Of a DNA stretch of 64,000 bases, positions 11,401 through 17,663 are shown one piece after another; position 1 is the first letter of the stretch; the number at the start of each line of letters is the position of its first letter. The notes under the pieces are model-generated. The model worked only from the letters and a program-made list of their open reading frames with translations. It was not told the origin of the DNA and made no database searches. The DNA comes from an uncultured Cellulophaga sp. (GTDB lineage Bacteria; Bacteroidota; Bacteroidia; Flavobacteriales; Flavobacteriaceae): contig CANLOV010000013.1 of the NCBI GenBank assembly GCA_947492955.1, positions 2,276 to 66,275 on the forward strand, in the 5' to 3' direction. The translations under genes were made by a program, and so were the position numbers.

Positions 11401-11532
11401 AGACTTTGTTAGTGCTTCTCTTTCTAATTTTTCTACTTTTTTCCATAGCGTTAAGTAAGAGTCGTTATTTTCTTGTGATTGCATGTTCTGAGAAAATAAA
11501 AAAATAGATAATATTAGCGTAAGGTGTCTCAT
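5446..11532 (-). CDS. Alpha-2-macroglobulin family protein (2028 aa) with thioester motif
   Basis: Very long ORF with a signal peptide. A helical N-terminal region of about 430 aa is followed by MG-like beta-rich repeats. An acidic low-complexity candidate bait stretch lies at approx 7790..7990. The CxEQ thioester motif YPHECNEQTF has CNEQ encoded at 7060..7071 (minus strand). The C-terminal domain is receptor-binding-like. Confidence 0.85.
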   Translation of the reverse strand: MRHLTLILSIFLFSQNMQSQENNDSYLTLWKKVEKLEREALTKSALKVVTIISEKAKKENNTNQIIKSLLYTSKYAITLEEDAQLHIINDFKSEIKKAPFPTKNILESYLANLYWQYFQQNRYQFYNRTKTETKVNPIDFRTWDLTTLFNEISIHFNASLQNANELQKIEIAEFKDILVQQENSKTYRPTLFDLLAHTALDFYKTNENNITRPANKFEINSADLLCEVNQFIDQKINTADKTSLQSKALLLYQKLIQFHLNKKNYDALAFIDIERLKYVQENATFKNKDDYYFETLKNTTEYFKKEKVAALYSYEIAKLYNTWGNTYSPKTNEKHRWKQKEALELCNTIFAKFPKSIGAEKANNLKNLILDKHLALNGEKHISINKPSRLLVNYKNLSKLHLTAYHISENEINRLENIYRDKEKLDFIKKLKVAKQWNTNLKNEKDYQSHSTEILVPELDNGQYVLFATSNKSDENYTSHSTIQVTNTALIETGNKSNHIFQVIDRNNGKPIADAKLKFSYNKNYEEKLSTSTMLSDKDGFVTIPKTAERWSNVNIQTTYDNDTAYFGDYYINKKSTSRTKESIQHSAFLFTDRGIYRPGQPLYLKGILVTKNEQNSTVTENTELRVTLKDANYQDISTQNFKTNEYGSFNGEFIIPNNGLTGSFFLQLSSSEINVNATSYFSVEEYKRPKFETSFNPVTETYKVNDSIVVNGKATAYAGSVISDAKVTYRVKRIAYFPRWCYWYYPNLNSSPQEIAHGETVTDASGNYKINFKAIPDNSLDKANLPTFNYQITADVTDINGETHSTTSIVKVGYHSLDATITVPYKIDKTQKENNITVNTLNLNGQFTPAKGTLKIYKLKAPENVLRPRPWAAPDYKGFSKTEFLKLYPNDAYDNEHNSNTWQKGALVWETTFDTEKSTKIDLKNIKKWTSGKYRIEIETKDKFGQLVKDIVQTTLYSDSDKKLTDNQLFHIKTDKPNYTIGDKVDLKLFSNTKNLAVTIQVEKNREIIDTRIIYLKANSASISIPVTKKDLGGFSVHYSYAAYNSFQSGTVNIVVPYPETDLKIETLIFRDKLKPGTDETWKFNIKGPKGDKVAAELLASMYDASLDAFTPYSWNFNPLYKPTYYAYSNKNAHQSFGLSHFNTHNNYKSNYYYGDQNYDSFNWFGLNFGYGNRSYGYASGLTRRLAKNSAPSNIENVLAGSVPGIAIEAVADDMELEEEVTFMTSKATVEQKEDSITNKPNEIENDLNSGEISIRKNLQETAFFFPQLQTDKEGNVSFSFTTPEALTRWKLQLLAHTKDAKSTIKQLTSVTQKELMVVPNAPRFLREGDEIILSSKISNLTEKALSGSAKLVLTDAVTGNTVSTDIITANEEKSFNAPAKGNTQVSWTLKIPKNIQAIQYKVIAKAGDFSDGEQNLLPVLTNRMLVTETLPMWVRSNQTKTFTLNKLKNNTSTTLSNHKLSLEITSNPAWYAVQALPYLMEYPHECNEQTFSRYYANSLASYIANSNPRIQDVFNQWANSDALISNLEKNQELKSLLIQETPWLRDAQSETEQKKRIALLFNLNKIKNEKTTAINKLKNNQLPSGAWPWFNGGRKNRYITQHIVTGFGHLKKLTKSDFTEHNQMLKKAVKYLDDEFVLEYNNMKKHASNLDSDHLNNRQIHYLYMRSFFSNIKASKKVNEITAYYKKQAQQYWVHRNLYSKGMLALILHRMDDANTANKILRSLKENSITSDELGMYWKENTNSWYWYQAPIETQALLIEAFSEIKNDVKTIDNLKIWLLKNKQTNQWKTTKATTEAVYALLLNGSNWLSVTDAVGVQIGGKEISPTKLENVKVEAGTGYYKTTWNTNEITPKMGEVQISKKGEGIAWGAMYWQYFEDLDKITPAKTPLQLNKKLFLKKNTNTGEEISEITSDTHLKIGDLVRVRIELKVDRNMEFIHMKDMRASGLEPTNVFSSYKWQDGLGYYESTKDASTNFFFDYLPKGVYVFEYDLRVNNAGNFSNGITTIQSMYAPEFSSHSEGIRIKIK

Positions 11533-11684
11533 TTGTATTGCTTTTATGCTTCAATAAATTTAATGAACAAATATGTATTGTTATGCTATATTTAACAATT
11601 ATAATTTAGGGAACACCTTTTTTAAATTAGTAAACCTAGTATATTCGTAATGTATTATGCGCTGTTAGCACAAATTTTAAGTAA

Positions 11685-12563
11685 ATGCCAAAAATAATTT
11701 TACTGTGTTTTTTCTTTACCTTTTTAACATCTGTAGCTCAAGAAAGTATTATAGAGAGAGTAGATAATTTTATTTATGAAAAAGAATATAATAAAGCTAA
11801 AGAACTTTTATCAGCAGAATTAAAAACAAGAGATAATAATGATTTAAAGGATAAGCTAGGTGAGGTTTATAGTTACCAAGAAGATTGGGATAATGCTATA
11901 GCTATTTATGAGGAACTTACAGAGTTGAAGCCTAAAAATGCAGATTACCAATATAAGTATGGGGGTGTTTTAGGTAAAAAAGCGCTGTCTAGTAGTAAAT
12001 TTACAGCTTTAATGATTGTTGGAGACATGAAGCGAGCATTTATAAATGCAGCTGAATTAAACGCTACGCATATTGGTGCAAGGTGGGCCTTGGTAGATGT
12101 ATTTATTAGTTTGCCTAAAATTATAGGAGGTAGTACCCCTAAAGCATATAAGTATGCAAAGGAATTAAAAGCTATATCTCCTATAGATGGTTATTTTGCA
12201 TTAGGGTATGTTTATGAGTACGATGATAAACCAGAAGAGGCAAAGGAACAATATTTAGAAGGTTTTAAATTAGTAGCATCTTACGGGCAAATAAATAGAA
12301 ATCAATTACACTACCAAATAGGCAAAGTGAGTTCTGATTATGGAATAGAATTAGATTTGGGTATTTTTCATATGAAAAAATATATTAAGAAATTTTCTGT
12401 AAAAGATGGTGTTCCTTTAGAATGGGCTTACTATAGAATAGCAAAAATATACCGACAAAAAAGGGATAAGCAGCAAGCAACTATTTGGATAGAAAAAGCA
12501 CTTTCTGAAAAAACCGATTTTAAACTGGCTATAGAAGAGAAAGTGCTTATAGAAAATCTTTAG
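11685..12563 (+). CDS. Secreted tetratricopeptide-repeat protein
   Basis: 292 aa with a signal peptide. Repeated TPR-like helical pairs (e.g. WDNAIAIYEELTELKPKNADYQYKYG). Confidence 0.6.
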   Translation: MPKIILLCFFFTFLTSVAQESIIERVDNFIYEKEYNKAKELLSAELKTRDNNDLKDKLGEVYSYQEDWDNAIAIYEELTELKPKNADYQYKYGGVLGKKALSSSKFTALMIVGDMKRAFINAAELNATHIGARWALVDVFISLPKIIGGSTPKAYKYAKELKAISPIDGYFALGYVYEYDDKPEEAKEQYLEGFKLVASYGQINRNQLHYQIGKVSSDYGIELDLGIFHMKKYIKKFSVKDGVPLEWAYYRIAKIYRQKRDKQQATIWIEKALSEKTDFKLAIEEKVLIENL

Positions 12564-12566
12564 TGT

Positions 12567-13457
12567 TTATTTTGAGAAATCTAGATTAATAGGTTTTTTA
12601 TTAGGATGAGGTTTGTCTACGCTTGTTTGTTTTGTTTTCAATTTATCAACAACTTCAAATTTTATGTTATCAAACCAAACTTCACCTTCTCCATTTAATA
12701 AAATACCATAGTTTAATTTACCGCTTTCTTCAGGAACATCTAGTATTATTTCATATTTAGCCCAGTCATTATCATTTTTTATGGGTCTATCTCGCATATT
12801 ATCAAAACCTAAGTTTTTTCTTCCTTGTTTAGCATCAATTCGAAGCCACATGCCTGCCCATCCAGTTACATTTTTAGATTTAATATAAGCAGACATTTTA
12901 ACTCTTTTACCTAGGTATTCGCTAGCACTACAGCTTTGCATAAGAGTCCCAAATCCTACTACTTTTTTATCTATTGATTTTAGAAAAGAACTACTGGGCT
13001 CAGTTTTATAAATAGATTTATCGAGTCCTATTTCATAACCATTTGGGTTACTCCCTGTTATAAACCATCCTTCTATTTTTTGTGCTTCAAGGTTATTAGA
13101 AAAAAGGAAAAATAACAAGGTTATAAATGTTGCTGTTAATGATAATACTGATAATTTTTTCATTGTATTTGTTTTTAAGTTAAATAATTCTACTATATAT
13201 TCATAAAAATGAACGAGCCATTTTTTAATTACAGAATTTTTACCAGGTGTATTATTGGTAAAATTAGCCGATGAATTATACTCTAGATTAGAAAGTAAAA
13301 CTTTTACAGTATGACTTCTTGGAGTAACTTTTGCAGATTCAATTCTTTGAATTGTACGTAAACTTAGGTTACAGCTTTCTGCCAGTTCTCCTTGGGTTAG
13401 TCCTTTGTTTTTTCTTAATTCTAAAACCTTTTTTCCTAATTCAGGTTGATTTATAAT
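12567..13457 (-). CDS. Membrane-anchored XRE-family HTH regulator with an extracytoplasmic beta-sandwich-like domain; predicted non-canonical ATT/ATA start
   Basis: The ORF track starts at ATG 13163. The frame stays open for 98 more codons upstream, to TAA at 13460..13458. That extension encodes IINQPELGKKVLELRKNKGLTQGELAESCNLSLRTIQRIESAKVTPRS, a Cro/C1-type HTH. It contains no ATG, GTG or TTG. A TM segment LSVLSLTATFITLLFFLF follows. Confidence 0.6.
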   Translation of the reverse strand: MINQPELGKKVLELRKNKGLTQGELAESCNLSLRTIQRIESAKVTPRSHTVKVLLSNLEYNSSANFTNNTPGKNSVIKKWLVHFYEYIVELFNLKTNTMKKLSVLSLTATFITLLFFLFSNNLEAQKIEGWFITGSNPNGYEIGLDKSIYKTEPSSSFLKSIDKKVVGFGTLMQSCSASEYLGKRVKMSAYIKSKNVTGWAGMWLRIDAKQGRKNLGFDNMRDRPIKNDNDWAKYEIILDVPEESGKLNYGILLNGEGEVWFDNIKFEVVDKLKTKQTSVDKPHPNKKPINLDFSK

Positions 13458-13935
13458 TTATCGATTCTGTACAAGAATATAATTAACTTCAATGATGAGC
13501 AAAAAGATAGTATGTCTTTAATATGACATTTACACGTCAATTTTATAACTATTTGTTTATCAGTGTTGTATTTTTATTTTGTAGTTTTTAAAGTATAAAT
13601 TTAATAAAAAATATAAGTGTTTATTGTTTGTTAAAATAGTAAATTAATAATGTGAAGAATGAAAAGTGACTTGTTAATAATATGCTTGTAGCAAACAATA
13701 ATTGAACCACTAGAATTGTCCAATTCTGCTTTGTAATTAATACAACAAAAGTTTTGTATGGTTCTAACTATTTTTAATAGGTTACTCTAATATAGATATA
13801 CCTAGCAATAAAAGAGTTTATATATAGGAATCCCTGAGGATATAGAAAAATTAAATTGGCTATAAAGGAGAAAGAACTAATATAGGCTTTATAGGTCTAA
13901 TAGCATTTTACCAAGTGAGCTTGTTTTTTGAATTT

Positions 13936-14595
13936 TTAATAGAATTCAGGTTTTATTAGTTGTGGAGTAAACCTTTGATTATTCATGTGCGAGAAATCAA
14001 AAAAAATTAATCTTTTGTCGTTTAATTTATCAATTCCAATTCTCTTTTTTTTAGTTAGTTCGGAGTAAGATTTTTTAAACCATGATTTAGATAAATGTTC
14101 TTTATAGTCATGTATGCCTTTACTAACCTCAATTAAAGTTAATTTTAAGTTTTCAGTTGCAAATGGTTTATTATAAAAAATAATATCGAACCGACCTATT
14201 GAGATAGAATCTCTTAAGTTGCTTTCTGGAATTTGAACATCAGTTTTTAAACTTGATGAAATATTTGGTTTTCCATTTTTTAAATATTGAAATGTACATA
14301 ATCGTATTGAGTCTAAACTTTTTAATTCATCATCGAATAATATTTTCGAATCATCTATAAAACTTATAGAAGCATTATATCTGTAACATCCTCCAAAATC
14401 ATTACTACTATCTTTTAAAATGAAATACTGAGATAATGCTTTTGACAACTTTTTTGTATCTGGATGTTTTTGAATATACATTCCATAATCAATATAGTTT
14501 CTTGAGTTTTTTGTTTCTAGCCAATCTGTTTCTTCAACGTTTTTACATTGAACTGCGAGTATAAAAATTAGAAAAAGTTTTAATATTATTTTCAA
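13936..14595 (-). CDS. Hypothetical secreted protein; last gene of the T9SS cargo operon
   Basis: 219 aa ORF with a signal peptide, 28 nt downstream of the OmpA-family gene on the same strand. I recognise no motif. Confidence 0.5.
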   Translation of the reverse strand: MKIILKLFLIFILAVQCKNVEETDWLETKNSRNYIDYGMYIQKHPDTKKLSKALSQYFILKDSSNDFGGCYRYNASISFIDDSKILFDDELKSLDSIRLCTFQYLKNGKPNISSSLKTDVQIPESNLRDSISIGRFDIIFYNKPFATENLKLTLIEVSKGIHDYKEHLSKSWFKKSYSELTKKKRIGIDKLNDKRLIFFDFSHMNNQRFTPQLIKPEFY

Positions 14596-14623
14596 AATTC
14601 TTGTAATTAACTACAATAATAAA

Positions 14624-16687
14624 CTATTCCCATTTTACAATTACAATTTCGCACCTTCTGTTTAATTCATGTTCTTCTTCAGAGCAAGAATCGTCGGTTT
14701 TACATTTTATAACAGGCTTTAGTTCTCCATAGCCAGTTGCACGCACTCTATTTGCTGCAATACCTTCTTTTATAAGATGAGTTCTAACAGAGTTAGCTCT
14801 TTTTTGAGATAGGTTTTTATTGTAAGTATTATTTCCACGCCTATCGGTGTGGGTGCCAATTTCGATTATCATGTTTGGATATTTATTCATGATATTTATA
14901 ACTCTACTTAAGCGCGTTCTAGATTCTTGTCTTAAGTACCACATGTTATAATCAAAGTTAATAGGCTCTGTTTTTATAATTGTTTTTTCTTTTGTTTTAA
15001 CAATAGCAGATTCGTTATTAATAGCACTTTTTATGCTTTCTTTTTTCTGTTTTAAAGCCTTCTCTTTTTCGGCTTTTTCTTTTTCGGCTTTTTCTTCTCT
15101 TTCTTTTTGCATTGCTATTTGCTGTTCTTTTTCTTTTTCAAAAAGAGAAAATAATTTTAAAGTAGCGTTATTTACTTTGTTTCGTTCTTTACTAGTATAT
15201 ACTATTTTAGTATTTGGTTCGTAGCCAATTTTACTACCTGTTATAGTATAGCTTTCGTTACAGCCTACTATAAATTTAAAGCTAGCATCTGCGCCTGTAG
15301 TAAACTTTTTCTTTTGTTCTTTATATACTATTTCTATAGAGCCAAAAGGGATGGGTTTTTCTGTGGTTTTATCTACAAGTATACCAACAATAGTTTGTTT
15401 GCAATCTTCTATTATTAATGGTTTTGTTTCTACAAATTCATATACATCATCACTTCCTTTTCCTTGCGGACGGTTAGATGAAAAGAACCCTTTTTTTGTT
15501 GCTGCTATTGTAGAGAAAGAAAAATCATCATAACTACTATTTACAGGTAATCCAATATTATCTGGTTTTTGAAATTTTCCATTTTTAGTAACAGCTATAA
15601 ATACATCTAATAGTCCAAACCCAGGCAGTCCGTTCGAAGAGAAATAAAGGTTGCCATTGGCATCTAAAAAAGGGAATTGTTCTTTTTTATCGGTATTTAT
15701 TTCTGTTCCTAAATTTTTGGGTTCTCCATAGGTGCCATCATTATTAATGGTTGTAGCGTAGATGTCGTAAGATCCATAACCGCCCTCTCTATCAGAAGAA
15801 AAGAAAAGTGTTTTTTCGTCTGGAGATAATGCAGGGTGTGCCGTAGAAAAATCATCGCCATTAAAAGGTAATTCCGTAATATTTTTCCATTCGTTATCTA
15901 TAAACTCGGCTTTATAAATTTTAAGATTGCTTACTTTTTTGCCATCTGTTTTTTTCTTTCCTTTTATAAAATTGTTTCTAGTAAAATAAATAGTTTTTCT
16001 ATCTTTTGTAATAGCTAATACACCTTCGTGCATTTTTGTATTAATATTTTTAGAAAGGCTTTTGCTTATAGTATCTCCTAAATGTATTTGTGTTAATGGT
16101 GCTTTGTAAAGGTCTAAATAAGCCTCGTTATTCCATTTATATACTTTGTTTAACAAGGAGGTTTCTTTTTTGGTAGCTGCAAAAATTAAATTAGAATCTA
16201 TTGCTATAGCTCCAAATTCTGATTTGGCAGTATTTATACCTAAATTTTTAATATTAAACCTGTTACCTATTGCGCTTATATTTTCTATATAAATATCATG
16301 AGCACTTACTAGGTTTGCTTTTTCTTTAGCATCATTATTGTTATAATATTTTATAAGTGTTTCTGATGCTTTGGTAGTTTCTCCGATGGCTTTTAGCGCT
16401 TGGTTTAGTTTAAAATGATAGCTTTCGTTTACCGTATCGCCATAGTTGCTAATTAAATAAGAATACCAACGAGCAGCAGATTTCATGTCATAAGTATTGT
16501 AATAACAATCGGCAAGGTTTTTAATAAGTTTTGAGTTTTTATGGGATGTAATTAAGTTCTCGTATAATGGTATAGCATCACTATAAAAAGCACGTTCAAA
16601 ATAGTGGTTAGCTCTTTTTAATTCTTGTTGTGCAAAGGTGCTTTGTAATAGCCCTAGGAATAGTATAAATAGAATATATTTTTTCAT
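14624..16687 (-). CDS. OmpA-family protein (TPR + TolB-like beta-propeller repeats + CarboxypepD_reg-like + coiled coil + OmpA C-terminal domain)
   Basis: 687 aa. The C-terminal peptidoglycan-binding OmpA motif is ...IEIGTHTDRRGNNTYNKNLSQKRANSVRTHL...GYGE. Also a lysine/glutamate coiled coil (KEREEKAEKEKAEKEKALKQKK) and PD40-like repeats (FFSSDREGGYGSYDIY). Confidence 0.85.
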   Translation of the reverse strand: MKKYILFILFLGLLQSTFAQQELKRANHYFERAFYSDAIPLYENLITSHKNSKLIKNLADCYYNTYDMKSAARWYSYLISNYGDTVNESYHFKLNQALKAIGETTKASETLIKYYNNNDAKEKANLVSAHDIYIENISAIGNRFNIKNLGINTAKSEFGAIAIDSNLIFAATKKETSLLNKVYKWNNEAYLDLYKAPLTQIHLGDTISKSLSKNINTKMHEGVLAITKDRKTIYFTRNNFIKGKKKTDGKKVSNLKIYKAEFIDNEWKNITELPFNGDDFSTAHPALSPDEKTLFFSSDREGGYGSYDIYATTINNDGTYGEPKNLGTEINTDKKEQFPFLDANGNLYFSSNGLPGFGLLDVFIAVTKNGKFQKPDNIGLPVNSSYDDFSFSTIAATKKGFFSSNRPQGKGSDDVYEFVETKPLIIEDCKQTIVGILVDKTTEKPIPFGSIEIVYKEQKKKFTTGADASFKFIVGCNESYTITGSKIGYEPNTKIVYTSKERNKVNNATLKLFSLFEKEKEQQIAMQKEREEKAEKEKAEKEKALKQKKESIKSAINNESAIVKTKEKTIIKTEPINFDYNMWYLRQESRTRLSRVINIMNKYPNMIIEIGTHTDRRGNNTYNKNLSQKRANSVRTHLIKEGIAANRVRATGYGELKPVIKCKTDDSCSEEEHELNRRCEIVIVKWE
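15064..15093. repeat. Perfect 2 x 15 bp tandem repeat inside the OmpA-family coiled-coil region
   Basis: ctttttcggcttttt occurs twice in tandem. It encodes the duplicated EKAEK unit on the minus strand. Confidence 0.9.
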
Positions 16688-16697
16688 CGGTTGTTTT

Positions 16698-17633
16698 TTA
16701 GTAGAATCTAGGAGATTTATCGTAGCCTTTTTTAAGACCCAGTAGGTCTAAATCGAATAGTACAAATATTTCATGTGTACCAGAATTAAAATTACCTAGG
16801 TTAGATAATGTATAATCATAAGCATAGCCAATACGTAACATTGATGTTGCTTTTATGTTAAACATGCCACTAACTGCATCTCCGACTCTATAAGATATTC
16901 CGCCTTCAAATTTTTCATTAAATAAAACATTAACAGCCCCATCTATACTTAGCGGAGAACCACTTACTGTTTTTATTAAAAATGAAGGTTTAATTTTTAA
17001 ATTTCTATTTAATTCGTACACATAACCTCCTGTAAAAAACACATGTATTTTTTCTGAACCAATAGCACTTATTCCATTATTGTTCTCTATGTGTTTTGTA
17101 CTTAATAAATTAGGGGCAGAAGCACCTAAATACCAATTGTTGGTGTGGTAAAATGCTCCAATTCCAATATTAGGGAACATGCTGTTATTATTTTCATTAA
17201 AAGCATCATCATTCTGAAACTCTGGTAGCATAAAGCCGTTAAAATTAGTTTCAAAATTGGTGAATCCGGCTTTTAAACCTAATGAAAGCTTATGTTCATT
17301 ATTTAGTTTTAATATATATGCAAAATCTGCATAAATATTATTTTCTTTTAAAACACCATCACCGATATCATCGCTTATAAAAGAAACACCTGTTTCTATT
17401 TTCTTGGTTACAGGAATATGGGCAAAAAACGATGCTGTTTTAGGAGCTCCTACGGCATTTTTCCATTGCGAACGGTATAGTGCGCCAATATTTATAATAC
17501 CCAAATCATTAGTGGTGTAAGCAGGGTTTACTACACTTATGTTATACATGTATTGCGTATACTGAGGGTCTTGCTGAGAATAACCTAAAGCGCAAAATAG
17601 TATAAAGGCTAGTGTAAAATATATTTTTTTCAT
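16698..17633 (-). CDS. PorP/SprF-family type IX secretion system outer-membrane protein
   Basis: 311 aa. Hallmark N-terminus after the signal peptide: QQDPQYTQYMYNISVVNPAYT. Beta-barrel-like alternating pattern. Sits directly downstream of a type-B CTD cargo gene. Confidence 0.9.
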   Translation of the reverse strand: MKKIYFTLAFILFCALGYSQQDPQYTQYMYNISVVNPAYTTNDLGIINIGALYRSQWKNAVGAPKTASFFAHIPVTKKIETGVSFISDDIGDGVLKENNIYADFAYILKLNNEHKLSLGLKAGFTNFETNFNGFMLPEFQNDDAFNENNNSMFPNIGIGAFYHTNNWYLGASAPNLLSTKHIENNNGISAIGSEKIHVFFTGGYVYELNRNLKIKPSFLIKTVSGSPLSIDGAVNVLFNEKFEGGISYRVGDAVSGMFNIKATSMLRIGYAYDYTLSNLGNFNSGTHEIFVLFDLDLLGLKKGYDKSPRFY

Positions 17634-17663
17634 GAAAATTGGTTGTTTCTTAAAAAGGAGCTG

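Noticed and set aside
13512-13529. ATGTC-N8-GACAT palindrome upstream of the XRE-type gene, considered as its operator.
   Set aside because: The arms are only 5 bp in very AT-rich DNA, and the centre is not symmetric. That is too weak to call without comparative data.
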